The translations under genes and the position numbers were made by a program. Shown one piece after another: positions 22,301 to 37,300 of a stretch of DNA of 64,000 nucleotides; position 1 is the stretch's first letter, and the number at the start of each line of letters is the position of its first letter. Source of the stretch: Flectonema sp. DT1601 (Eukaryota); contig OZ025805.1 of assembly GCA_964019425.1 (NCBI GenBank), positions 620,001 through 684,000 of the forward strand, in the 5' to 3' direction. Below the pieces are notes generated by a model that was not told where the DNA came from, searched no databases, and was given only the letters and a program-made list of their open reading frames with translations.

Positions 22301-25300
22301 CAGTAGCATCAGATGAAGTGATAGTCACAGTGTCTACAACCAAACAAGGAATACCATAACGAGAACCACTAGCGACTGGACAAGGAACAGGATTCTCTGT
22401 ATCCAATATAGTCCAGTCAATGTCATTCATAAATAATAATCCAAACACCGTGTGGTCTCCAACAGGGAGTGAACTCTCTAAAGCAATTCTATCCCTCTGA
22501 GGACCTGCTATTTGAAGTAAGCTGGACTGTGATCGAAGTTCATTAAACTTTGTGATATCTCTTGAGAGAGAACTATCAAGCCAGATGTAAAAGTAAAACA
22601 TCGCATGTCCATTAAGACCACCAGAGATAGTCATACTGACTGGTGTTCTTAAATATGGAGCCGTCACAGGTGTAACACTTAATGTGTATGGTTGGACAGG
22701 AACAATCTGAACTGTTTGAGTAGTAGTATCTTGACCACCAGCTCTAACACCACCATCATCTTTGAAGCTGACAATTACAGATGTCGCAACTGGAGGTGTT
22801 TTGATGGAATCATTTCCAACAGTAAATTTCAAAACCCCTTCAGCTGATATTGAAGGCTGCTCAACCCATACAATACCAGTCCCTTGTAAGTTACTAATTG
22901 CTATCGTTGGCTGTAACAGAGTTTGCGTATCCATTTCATGAGCACCTGTCCCAACAGTAACTGAAGCATGATTAATCTCATAAGGCATATCTGTGTGTGT
23001 GTGTGTGTGTGTGTTGTTTTGATTATTCTCTGTGAGACTGTAAAATTAAAAACAAAAGTCAAAACATACCCGCATAAGCCAATATTACATCACCACGCTT
23101 CCAATCAACCACAGGAGGAGTGTTAGGTGGATATAAAATGAGTTTGAACTGAACAGATGACGACTGACCATTACATGTTGATACCGCATTTGGTTGACAT
23201 GCTGCTTGTGTATCACATCCACGGAGTTCAATTAAGATTTCAGTCCCTGGGATCCATCCAGGTCTGAGATCAAGTGTGAGAAAAGTTCCGTTAAATGTCG
23301 GGAGAGCGTTAACTAAATTATTTCCAGTAACAACTCTTGCATACCAAAACACCATCAAGTCTCTTTCATATGGATGAACACCTCCTAAGGCTGGACTAGA
23401 TAATATTTCAGGTGATACAACAACACCAGAGGCTGGGGCAGCCATAGGGATTCGATCACTCTTCGGTGAAAAAACAGGAGCCGTATTATTACCAACAATG
23501 TCGATGGTAACTCTCTGTGGATCAGATTTATCAACACCTCCAAACTCAGTACCACCATCATCTATTGCGGTAATTTCAAACTCATGTGTTGCAACAGCGG
23601 GAATCGTTCTAAACGGAAGTGAGAGAACATATCCGTTGCCAGCTGGAAGTTGGATGATTTCAGGATACGCCACACCTCCAGTTGGTAGTGATTGCCATGT
23701 CTCATTTGTAGTAGAGATGGCAACGACTGTAAAAGTAATATTGTGTTTGTGAAGATTTGATCTGGTCACCCAATCTTCCTGAGGTCTTCCAGGTGATGCC
23801 AGTGTCAAAGGTTTTTGAATAATACCACCACTACAAGGCTGAGGAATCTGAATTAAATTCGCTCCGGTATCACTGAGAACAAAGGTCGGTTTGAAATTTC
23901 TGAACGGTGCTTGAAATGTACCCGTCAGGGGAGTGTAGTCAGTGCATTGAACTGACAGAGGGATGTCAACTTGCCAACAATTAGCATAACACATTGTGTA
24001 GTTCTTTATTGGATACGAATTGATATCTGTTGAGGACCAAAGGAAATCCGTTTCATCAACACCACTCTCTTCTAAAGGACCTAAATTATTAGTATTTGCC
24101 ACAACAGAAAAGTGTGTTGGAACGACTTGACAAGGTAAGAGACCTGCAGGTACCAGATCATTCTGAACAATGAGCAAACGATCACCAATATTAGTGAGAG
24201 AGCTGAGTCCGTATCCATAAAATTTCAATAAAACGATATCGCGACTGACTGGGATCCAATCCCAGTCTGTTACAACAGGAGAAGCAACTTCAAAGAGAGG
24301 TGATATTTCCTGACTCCATCCGTAGAGTGAAGTCCAATGACAGAGTTTATATATACCAGGTCTTGGAAAAGTAAAACTCCAATTACTCTGAACAATCCCA
24401 AATCCTTGTTCAATATTATCCTCTGACATCACAACAGCACCATTCTGACCACCAGTTCCTCTCACCTGACGATATGCTCTCGATAATGATGAATATCCTA
24501 ATCTGTTCCAAAGTCCTAATTGATTCCAAGAACTACACAACTCACCAGATGTTCCGTTCATCACAAAGATGACATCATTTTGTTCGTATCCCCATCCGTT
24601 AACTGTTACGTTGATGGGGCTACCATGGAACCTGTTTTGTTTTTTTATAAAAACAAGTTTTTTTTTTTATTAAAGTTCACAATAAGGATAAATTACATAC
24701 CGTTGAGAGTTAGGCGACGGTTCATATCCAGGTGTGTCTGGTCGAGGCTGAACGCGAAACACACGATTCTGTAAAAGCGATGTAGTGTTTTGACAGAATT
24801 GAGGAATTGTTTGCCCAGGATTGTTAAGTCCTCTCCACGGTTGACAGCTGGGAGTGTTGAAGGCGTTTTGTCTCCAAGCAGGATACATCAAACCAGTGAA
24901 ATTTCCAACCCTAGTCATACCAATGCAAACATCATAATCACCAGCACGTGTTACATTTACTGGAAATGATAAGGTTCCAGTTCGATTACCTGTCTGTGGA
25001 CCTGATTGGATAACTCCATTATCTATTATTACAACGGCACTTTGATCAGCAAAGTAAACCTCATCAACACTTGGATTCTGATACACATCCCGACAACTGG
25101 TGTAGTTCGTAACATTATTACGAAGTGATAACGATGCCGGTCCCAGAGCTCTAATCCTTCCCGGATCAACATTCTGTACTGTGATAGTAGTCGTAGCACC
25201 AGCATCAACAATATTAGGAGTGAACCCATCGTAAACTGGCGTTACAATAATTGGATTTTCCATTAAATACCATCCGTTTGTGTTGGATTCTGGTGTACAA

Positions 25301-28300
25301 GTTGGTGGTCCCACTGTGCTGGGAACTGGTCGGCAATTTTGAATTTCAGGTGTTTTCCAACACACAAAATAATATCCAGCTGTGTTAAAGTTCATTAAAA
25401 CAGTTGCTTCTCTTGATAAACTATCACCACTTGGGTGCTGAACGACTCGAAGACGATCGGATCCAAGTACCATTTCTGGGAACCATGCTGACTGACTGTT
25501 ACACACCGCTCGACATCCACCGGAGTCACAAGTTCCTGTTTTGTTGTTATTTTTAAATTCTATAAATCAGAACAAAGAAAAAAAAAAAGAACATCAAAAA
25601 AACCCATACCAGTTACAACCATAAGAGTAACACTAGTATTAGTTAGGATTACACCCGCAGGTGAGTTCACATCAATACCGTAGAACGTGACTGGCAGAGT
25701 CTCTGAAACAATCAGCTGTTCTAAAGGAGTGAAGTTAGTAATACTCGAGAATACTCTGAGTAGACCTCCTTCAGGTTCAAACCAGGTATCTGTTTGACCA
25801 ACTCGGTAGCATATTTTGTAGAATCCAGGTCTTCTAACAACGTCTTGTCCGATATTTAATGTTGTGAATTGTAACCCTTGAGTGTTAACCTCGTTGGGAT
25901 TAGACGGTATCGTGAATCCTCTAAAAAAGTTTGTCATTCCTAGCAGAGGGTCGTTAGCTGCACCGGTTGTGCCTTCACACGTGATGTTGGCAAACTCAAC
26001 TGTTATTAAGGTGGAGGAGTCAGTCACCCAATAACCAATCACTTCATCTATGACACTGAGACCTGCTCCAGTGAAGTTCAAAGTAGTTGGAATACCTGTA
26101 TGGAGTGTTATATTAACAAGATTCAAGATTTAATTTAAAATATTTTAAATAAATAAAACCCATACCAGAATAGATTGCGTGAGTAGTGTATTCCCTGATC
26201 GACGCAACGACTTCAAACGTTGAATTTGGAACTGACGACCAGAGATTGGAATCACCAGATAATTGATAACATAGAGAATACTCACCAGCAACAGGCATTA
26301 ATGGAGTATGTGCTGTCACTGAGTTCAGTTCAGACTGCTGTGGCGGTGATAGTTCTGCAAAACACGTGTCAAATTCTGAAACAAAATTCCGACCTGCATC
26401 TAAAGCCTGTTTTAGTAAAGCTCTGTTTTGATTAATTACACTACTCGCAGGAAGAGTTGGATCTTGTTGTGCAAATGCTGGTGTTGGTGGGTTACCATAC
26501 GGACCTTCAGCATAACCAAACTGCCAAGCGCTCGCAAGCTGTCCAATCCAATCTATTTGTGCTTGAGTAGTACATCTGTTGTTGTTGCATTGGTATTCTT
26601 CAGGTAGGTCTGCTGTTCTCCGACATCCTAATTGTTCATCAGTTCGTACTATTCGAATGCAGTCACCAGTCACACTGAGAGTTGATAGTCCAAATCCAAA
26701 GACTGTCATGTTCGCTCTCTTCCCAATCTGAATTCTATCAGGTGTTACAATCGCATGTGTGAACCCTCTTACTACAATTGAAAAGTTTGCAATAGCCGTA
26801 TCATTACCTCCGTACAACGTACCTCCATTGTCCTGACCTAGTAGAGTAAAATCGTACTTTCCAGCTTGTGCTACTGGAGAGACCAGGTCATACCTGTGAT
26901 GTGTTTTGTTTATAAAGAAAAAGATGAGTTCCGTTGATAAGATAAAAATAACACATACCAAAGTATATCCGTCAGTGGTACGTATTGTGGAAATCTACCC
27001 AATACGAACACACTTGAGTAGTCGAATGAAGGATCCATTGTTCTGAGATCAAGTGTAGTTGTGAATGAGACTTGTTGATAATTCTCAGCCTGGTACGTTC
27101 CAGGTACTACAGAGATCATGAAATCAGTGATACTCAATGAAGCTCCTCTTGGTGGAGCATGTGTTATCATGTTTCTTATTTCAAATTGAGGAGGGGTGTT
27201 TGGAGGTACGAAAAACCTCTCTTCAGGAACATTCTCCCACTCCTCTCTGACCCAATCAAAGAAACACAAGGTATAATTACCAGGTGTGAGAGTGTCATTC
27301 CAAACAAGTTTCGTCGCAAGTTCTGGTGTACCTTCCAACAATGATACTGCAGGGGATGGGTCAGATCGATCCACGTATGGATTTGCTGGTTCCCACCAAG
27401 CTGTTGGAGAAGGTAATCCAGGGAGTTGAGTTCCACTTGGTTGGTTAAATAAAGAAATATTTTTACACGAGTAAAATCCTCCCTCATCAGGGATCCCAAC
27501 ACCCCACGGAATAGCTGCAAACTGATCTGCAAGGCGGAAGTTGCCATACTGATCAAAGCTATCAAAGGTAAGCCCCCGACCATTAAATGATATCGGCATT
27601 GGTTTAGCACTCCCTGGTAAAAACTCCGTTGGGTTCACATTAGACGAACGCTCTTCCAAAGGAATAAAGTCATAACTAGTACTTACAGGGTATACTCCCA
27701 GACGTCCTACTCCTATTTTTATATTACCCAAACACATCGTGTAGAAACCAGCTCTGTGAAGTGTTGTTTCAAAGTTTATTGTGTTCGTTAAGAATCCGTT
27801 TGGTGTATTCACAGTTGCGAAGATCGCATTGTCTTGCGGGAATGAAACAGTACAGGAGACGTTTTGATGAGATAATTTTAGTATTGCAACTCGTCCAGTG
27901 CTTCCTAAATCAATATCAGATTGCTCGCTGACGACAGTAATGATTGAAGTCTCACCAGACGGAATGAATTCAGGCCAGAAATTTGAAAATTTTGGAGAAA
28001 CCACAACTGGTTCTGGAAGTCTCATCCATCCCAAGTCACTTGGAATGTTAGAATCAAGAGGACATGTTTTAGGATCAGATGGTAGAGGATTCCTCGATGA
28101 ACAATCATAAAACTCATTCAACTGATAACACCAATAGTAAGTTCCAACTCTACGAAACTCCACATTAGCAGTAAACTGATTTTGAAATCCTACCCAAGAC
28201 GTTTGTTCTGATACTCGTCTACCAGCAGTTAGAGTACCTGTTGCTTGTATTATAGCATCGTTGGTAGTGTCAACTCCACATGTCTGACCTTCTTTGATGA

Positions 28301-31300
28301 GTTTTACTGTAACGTCTGTGTCTTGCAATCCCCAACCCTCAAGATTCTGAACTAAAGGAGTTGGGTTAAGAACATTCGTTATAAGAACTTCTTGTGGCCA
28401 ATGATCAGTAATGGATGGTAAAACTTGAAGCATTTGACCAGGAACTGGTTCAGATAATCCCTCAGAATGTTGATAACATAAATGATACCAACCAGGTCTG
28501 TATAAAACACCATATCCGAGTGACACCTCAGATATATCTAGAAGTGTGTCGGTTACAGTTATTAAACCGTTTGCTGCTGGTCGGTAATCGTCATAAGTTC
28601 GAAGAGCAGGAAAACTTAAAATACCTCCCAAAGCATCACCAGGAAAGAACAATTGACAGTCGTGGTCAGGATCCCATGAATCTGTTCTATTCCAAACAGC
28701 GAACACTTTATCAGTATCAGTAAATCCCATTCCCTGAAATGATATTATACCTGGTTCACTAGCGTTTACTACTGATGGAGAAAAGCTGGTCGCTTCTCCT
28801 GAGACTAATATAGCACCCAAGTCTTTCCACTCACCTCTATGAACTTTATAACATAATTGATATCTTCCAGCCTCTGGAAATAAACCTTCCCACGTCACTT
28901 CTGTTAAGCTCCACATAACTGGTGGTGTTGTGAACACATTTGGTTTTAATGGTGTGAGTCTTTGCATACCAACGTTGTCACAAGACGTGTTAAATGGTAC
29001 AATGCGAGCTGAATCATTCCAACTGTTTAGTGCTCTACCTTCGAATGTAATTGTGTATCCTAATCCTACTCTGAATGGTCCGAGTGGCTTTGGTGATAAT
29101 GTTGAACTAAAGTCATGTGTTGCAGAAGTCACAGAACCGACAATATCAATAGGACCACACTGTGGTGGTTCGTAGAATAAAGTTGTCTGCTTTGTTCTGT
29201 AACATAATCTGAATGATCCAGATACAGAAAGGGGAGGTGGTGAATAATAGATTTCTGTTAACCCTCGAGAGTCATCACTTCCCAAGTCAGTCAGATATCC
29301 AAATCCAAATCTCACATCATCCGTACACTGCCTTGCAATTGGCATCAAAAATGCAGTGTCTCCCGATGGTGAAGCATCCAGTTCAGTTCCTACTATAGTA
29401 ATATTTATCTCCGCAGCTCCAAACCTTACAACCGGACAGCTAATGGCAACACCAGGAGCACCAGCAATGTTAAATGAGAATTGACCGGATTCCTCAAGGT
29501 AGCATGTCGTTGCGGATGCTGGCCAAGTTCTAGATTGACAAGGGTCGTAAATAGATCCTCCCGAGGGGATCGATAATGTTACGAGTTCATCGACGATAAT
29601 ATCAAATTGAGGGTCGGGATAGAATTGGATTTCTGCGGATAAAACTGCTTCAGAGAATGGAGGTTGTGGAAGTACTCCACCACGTGGAGCAATTCTACAA
29701 ACCTGATCTAAGAATGAACCAGCAACCCCTGGAAGTGATGAGTTGAACCCTAATACTAAACTAGAAGGGTCTGCGAAACCGACACTAGTTCCAGTTAGAG
29801 TGATGTTGATATCAACATTACCAGATCTGATATCCCTTTCGGATATCGTACATGGAGCAAAGCATTGATTACCATCCACATATAAACTCATGGTAGCAAT
29901 TCCTGGAGTGTTTGTTATTTCTATTTTAGCGATTCCACCAACCGCGGGTTGGAAAATATTCGGAGCCTGTCCGCGCAATCTATCAGACGCTGATTTGTAG
30001 TCAGCAGGCAACCCACCGACCATTGCACTTGGAGGTTCTGCGCTCTCAAAGATTGCAGCTAGTTCAGTATCAGTCAATAAACCAGAGTCGGGTGACATAT
30101 CAATGTAGACTTCTTCTGATCTTTGACAGATGTCATACACACTATCTTGTAATAAGGTAACCTGAAGGATGTTTAATCCACCAGTCGGTGTTGACCTCAT
30201 ATAATCAAGTCGTAAAAATGATGATGAACGACCTTGCCAACCAGTATTAAGTGCCGGGAACAACTGCGGTTCTGCATAGAAAGCCTTCGCTGCGATATTT
30301 TCACTGCCGGGTATGAAAAAGTCGCATGACAATGTTATATTAAAAACAATAGGTGTAGGACTCCTGATGTCTTGCTCAAGGATAACTATATTAGGAATAC
30401 GAAGGACTGATGCTTCAACAGTGAACTTAGCTGTCGAGACAATCGGTTGCAATCCAGAAGCCGTCGCAGGACCAACAATGGTAAATGATATTTCCTCATC
30501 AATCGGAATATCATACCAAGGCCTTGGCTGACTAGTAATCATTGGTAAGTCAGGAAAAGGAAAGAATAATCTAGTAAAAAACGGACTCGGTCCATCAGCA
30601 AAAACCACTTTCGTTGTATCAATCAACCCAGTACCAGTTGTCGGGATTAAACCTCCGTGAATCTTTTGACCAGTAAACACAGTATTTTGATCATACTTTA
30701 ACAAACAAGATTGATCACCTGCTGGACAAGTTAAATTACCTTCAATGAAACTGAAGATGGTGTCAGCTGCTGTTGGTGCCCAAAATTCCTCTGTTAAGAC
30801 AAGAGTAAAAGATGATCTGCCAAGACGAATGTCAGACTCGCATATCTGACCCGGAGTAGTATCAACAGTTACCTCACCAGGTACCGGGTTTATGACAAAA
30901 CAAAATACATTTTGATTAAACATCATTGAGTGTGAATCACTCAACACTGGTGTTGTCGATGATGCTGTAGCTGAAGCTGGAAAGTTCACACAAACCCTCT
31001 CTGAAAAATCAATATTATAAGTGGGTACCTCTGTAAAACTCACATTCAACATCCTGTCATTGGCGTTTAATACAATGGTTATTGAGGTGCTTGGAACGAT
31101 GTCAATTCTTTTATTATTAAAACCGGCGACACAAAAGTTGTTTGGTAAACCTCCCACAGGAACGACAGGACAATTACTGATGAAAGAGCTAGCGATGTCT
31201 GCTGGTCTGTTGATCCAAAGATCACCTTCCATTCTGAGTAAGAAAGAAATACTTCCATTTCGAACATCACGTTCATTAAACTCCAAATCATTCGCATGAA

Positions 31301-34300
31301 GACAACTCGAATGCGAACACGGAGATGTACTTCCCACCGATGGTTGTTGTTCCTGTAATGATATCTTTCCAGCTGTTTTTATAATCGTTAGGTACATGTC
31401 TTGTGATCCTATGCCAGATGCTGTAGCACATCCAAGTATAGAAACTCTTACAGACTGATCCTCAGTAATATCAAAGAGAGGATCAGGGACGGTTCGTAGT
31501 GTGAGTATGTTCCTATTTGGATTCTCAAAAACGAATCCAGTAGACGTTACGATATTTAAAAAACGCTCATCCCAACCATACGGTTGAGATACTACACTTT
31601 GAAGAGCAGGATCACAATTAACATTAGCAACGCAATCACACATCGATCTCTGTGGAACTCCAACAACACTTTGATCACAACGACTATTCTGACCTCCGAT
31701 AAAACACGATCCAGGATTGAAAGACCAAGATTCTCCGAATCCCATAATGAAATTAAGTTCAATTCCGTTACGCAAATCATCCTCTGTGATTACCTCAGGC
31801 ACTATGGTGATGTTAACAGGAGATGGTACGATAGTGAATTGCAATGGAACGTTATTCAGGTAGCTGGGGGCTATACCAGAAAAAACAGCTGATCCTCTTA
31901 TTATTATTGTCACCAACTCTGGAGTATCAATTTGGAATTGAGGATCAGCACGAAAACAAAATCTAAGTTTCGGTCTGTTAAGTGTCGGGTCGATAGTATT
32001 CTGATCTACTATACTAATGTCAGAAGGTTGGATTAAGGTTTGTTTTCTAGCATTGAATCCGAAAGGGGAGATTGATGCTACTCTGTTTGCTGACATGTCA
32101 CGTTGAATCTGAATTAAGTCATCAACGAAAGTATCATTCTGAGAACCATCTTGTGATATAAGAACGACGTCAACACAAGGTGAACCCGTTCGAAGTGAGT
32201 CTTCAGTAATTTGAGTATTCACTAGATATACCAACGCAGCGTCTTCGATTTCAATTTGAAAACGAGCCGGGTCTGGACCCTGAGCTGCTCCAGGAACAAT
32301 CCCTGAAACCACACACGATCCAGGAATATTACTGAAAACTATTTCAGCGTTTCTCGCATCGTATGTTGGAGTGCATTGAAGAGGAACAGATACTTCCCAA
32401 GGATTCTTTAATTCAATAGTCGACACCTGAATAAGATCACTTTTACGAGCATTAAACTCTGAGGAAGCAGATATACTAGTAAGACTATCGAATATACACA
32501 TCCGTTGTGTGTTAGTCATCGGTTGTGGCCAACGTTCTCCGAATAGTCGAAGGGTCAACTCAATAGGTTGAGTACATGTCTTTATTGAGAATTCCTTTAC
32601 TTGGTTTGGATATATTTCAAGACCACCAGAATCAGGAGTTATGACTAACGTTAAAGGATCAGTTGGATTACCAATCGGTGGGATGGTTGAACCGATCATC
32701 TCACCTAAAAACGAAAATGAAATCGTTTCTGGTTCAGAAATGTCATACGAATCACCAACCCAAACTGTCTGGTATTCCGTTGAGTTTATTTGAAATTCCA
32801 AAACATTGTTACACGTTGATGCTGCAGATGATAAGATTGTTGTATTTGGATTAATAAAAAGATTTTGTTCAACAGGTCCACGAACCATTGCTTCCCAACC
32901 ATTCGGTTGGGAAGCAATTGTTTTATCAGACACGACTCTTGGGACAAGTAATTCCATCGCATTATCAACCCAACACCCGGTATTTAAAGTTAGTGTTAGA
33001 GTTACTCCCGCCCTTATCTCTGATTCTGTGAAGGTATTCCTTGGTCCCAGTGTGACTCTCGGAGGTGTTACCGCAAAAGTAAAATTAACACTGCGTGGAT
33101 CTGGTTCTAGTCCAGACCTGAACATCTCACCAGGCATGTCAACAATTACCGTCTCATCTATTTTTAATAGAAATAAAGGATCTTGATAAAGTGTTAATTC
33201 GATAACATTCTGAGACACTACCGTGACAGACGTTACCGTCGGTGATATTTCCGGTCCTGGAAAAACGACTTCTTTTCTCGCAGTGAAACCCGAATCCGTA
33301 TTGACGTCAGGAGCTATCAAAGGAGCAGCAAGACCAGGCATGTTGCTACCGGCATTTGCAGCAACTGGTTTTGGCCAATCCTCACCAATTATAAAAGTGT
33401 AGTACCAGAGTATGGATTTGTAGTTGAAATTCGTTGGGATGGGTGACTGAGTTGATCCACCACACTTCTGACCAGAAGGATCACAACAAACATTTCCAGG
33501 ACAAGTACAACCACCAACAGTCCCACAAACATCACTTCTAACAGGGATAGTTGAACAAGATTCAGATGTTGGTAAAGCAACACAGTTAGAACCAGCTGTA
33601 GCATCAGTTGCTATTCTCCAGGTGTCACCAATTATAGTGAGTCGGAGTTTGAACTGTCCACTTGATCTGATCTCAGAGTCTTCGATTATGATTTCATTCA
33701 TTCTGTTTGGAAGAATACTTTCTGAACAAGAACCTGAACAACCTCTTCCATCAACTGCTTCCAATAGCAGTAAACCTGGAGATGGTTCTATCGTGAAGTA
33801 ACCATTTCCTGGTAGACCTGCTCCTCTTGGAATACCACCTCTGAATCCCCACGTGTACTGACTACCACCTGATATTTGTTCAGCAAGGTTTGGTGATTGT
33901 GATATCGTTTGAGAAATGAACTCTGATGTATCTCTTGATTCGTCACCCCACCAAGGTTGTAGTCCAGAAGTAGCACACGACCCAGGAATATCTAAAGTCA
34001 CATTCTGTGAGACACTAATATCATATGAGGCGAAGGGATTGAAATTAACAACAGTCACGGTATCTGATTGGAATACAACTGAACCAGGAACAACAGTTGT
34101 GTGAACATTATCAATACCTGGACCCCATGCTAAAGGATCCTTGTATGCGTATGTATGTTCTTGAGTTGGGTTAAGCTGACCTCTAATCATTGAAAGTAAG
34201 TCAGAACTACATTGTGATGTCCGTGAAAACCTTTCACCAGCTCTGTATGTGATTTGAAGCGACAGTCCACCATCACGAATCAACTGTTCAGTGATTGGTT

Positions 34301-37300
34301 GATCAACACCTAGTGATGTGATTATGTTGTTGGAATCTCCGTCAATTCCTTTTTTTATATTCAAATCTGCGATTCCATTCACAGGACGAACTATTAAATA
34401 TCTCGGAAGCCGATGACTCAACCCAGAACTAAACAGCGATGCTGGAAGTTGAATTTTAATAATATTATTGACATCAGCATTGTAAGTTATATCCTGTGAC
34501 AACATCACTGTAGCAGTTTGTGGACATGGAACGCTGTTGGGGACGAATATATTACCGAAAAGTGTATTGTCAGGCAGAACTGTTGAGGCCATGTTAAAGT
34601 TCGTAAACCCCGACTTAAACAAGACTTCTCTCAGATCTGGTGAAACACCAGCAGCAGTTTGCCAAGACTCTCCACACTGAAGTTGAATTCTCAATGAAAC
34701 TCTTCCTCTTATTATATCCTGTTCGTTGATGATAACTGCTTCACGGTAGGCGTTTTCATCAGGTATGAAAACGTTAGTGATTAAAGCTTGATTCCCAGTC
34801 GCACAATCAACAGATGCAGGCTGAGGAGGAGACATCACAGAACTAGGGTTAGATGGTAAGCCACTATCAGGTAATAAACCGATACATGCACTCAGTTGGA
34901 TTTCACCCTCAGATCTTAATATCCTAAATGATACAACAGAAGGGTTGACACCTACTCCACTTGATGTTAGTCTCGGAAAGATTTCAATCCTCACTTCTTC
35001 AAAAGGAACTCCAACTAAATCATAACTCGTAAACGGAAGTAACGTAATTTCTAATAGTCGAGATGAATTAGAAAAGTCAACATTAACACTTGCGGCATTA
35101 ACAATTGAAACTTTATTAGCCTGCCAACCCAAAGGTTCTGAAGTAGCCGTCACTAAAGAATTCAAACCTCCGATAAGATCTGTTTTAAACCCTCCTGGGT
35201 AGTTTACCTCATTCCATGTTTCTCCTAATTCAAATTCCACGTAGATAATACGACCTCCTATTCTGATGTCTTCTTCTGTTAGGTCAGGACAACGACCAGC
35301 AGAGACACCTCCAAGACACGTCAACCTACCTGGAGATGGAACTATATTTATTATGAAATCACTACATCCTGTAACACTGTTTGGACAGATTCCAGTAGTT
35401 GGAATTGGCCAACCCCTACCAATGTACGAGAGATCACTAACAACAGCATCATCTGTTATTGATATACTGATGTGCTCTTCTTGAGTTGTATCATAGAATG
35501 GATCAGGTTGAAGATTTAGTGTTAAAACTCGACCGTATGGAGCTCCCGGAAATGGGAAGTCAGAAACAACTGTTTGAATTTCAGGGAGGAGTTCTGTAGC
35601 ATTTTCAATTCGATTATTCCAACCAAACGGATTATCAAATATAGAGACATCCGACATAAGACGAAGTCCACCTTGTGGAATCCGATTCTGACCTCCACCA
35701 CCTCTTAAATCTGAAGAACAACAACCAACCCTCCACATCTCACCCACCCATGACAATGTAATCGAACCAGCACCTGCTCTTACTTGTTCCTCAGTGAGAT
35801 CTATAAAACTAGGAGCATGAGTTATTGTTGAATGCCTTACTGTTAGTATTCCATAATCTGGTATAATCGTCACATTAGCAGGTTGTCCAACTGGGATAAG
35901 AGCTGAACCAGTAAAGATTCCTTGAGTCACTGGAGGGACACCAGTAAAAGGAGGAATATTAATAAGAACGGATTCATCCGACCAAATCTCATAAATACTA
36001 TCAGGCGATAAACTGATTGTAATTAACTCAAGTGATACGGTCACAGCAGAATTAGGAATCAGAGTACTTTCACGTGATTCCCAATAAGTTGGAATTGGTC
36101 CTTGCGTTACTGCAACTGTTGTTGGTGCAAATGCGTTTCTTACATCAGTAGCAGACAATACACTAGCACACAAGTTTGCTGATGATGCTACTGTTCCTGT
36201 TGGTTGAGTTGAGGAACACCAAGTCTCTGTTCTACTCGACACGTCAGGAGTATATAAATTAGATCCTAAATTAGCCTGAGTGTCTGGATGGAATCCAGGA
36301 GGTGATCCAAACCTCATTTCAATCACAACCTGTCCAAGTCTTACCTGCGTCTCTGTAAATATCAATTGCTCAACATCACCATCAGTAGTCACACAATAGC
36401 TGTTCTTCCAAACACAAAGACCTGTACAAGATGACTGAACTGATCCAGAACAAGCAACAGTATTTCCATGTGGAATTACCCAACCTGGAGCAGCTTTGAT
36501 CGTAAATCCCGGAGGGTTTGTTGACCCTCTTGGATTCTTAGTAGGTTTATACAACACATTATTAGACGTCACCGTCCTAAATGATAAATCCAGCTCAATA
36601 TATTCATTAACAGTAACGTCAAAAGATCCACTTGATGATCGTAACGCCTGTGGCCAGTCAGGCCATGTTAAGACTGAAAACTCAGCTGTTCGAGAATCAA
36701 TATATGTGAGTCGTGGATTATTTGAGATTGGATCCCGTAAGAACTCATCAACATGAGCGATAAAGGCACTTCCTAGAACGGAAGTAAAAGAATTCACTAA
36801 TTCGTTCTGAGCTGTTGAATCTGTTAACCACGTCTCTCCTTTTTCTAGTATGACTCGGATGGTTAAATCAGGAGCAGTAAACCCAGGGTTGTTTACTGAT
36901 CTTGAGAAATCACAATTCGGAATAGGATTTCCAATCTGAGAACTTCCAATATTATCCCAATTACACGGAAGGGATAATGATAAATCCGTCTCCCACATTT
37001 CCGTACCAAGACTTGTTTGAATATAATAAATTCCCGACGTTGGTTCAATGTCGAATGATAATTTCGAATCCGGATTTGGTTCCAATCCAGAACCTAGATA
37101 AGCTCCAACACAACTCGTATCAAAACTGATTGTTTCGGTAGCTGAAATATCATAATCAGGATCTGGTGTAATAAAGACTTCGACATATTTCCAATTCTCC
37201 AATCCGGGAATAGTCAACAATCGTAAGTAGTTTCCATTAGTATGACGGTAGTGAGCAGTATGCCATTCAACAAGGTATCCTTGTTTTACTCTGATACTCC

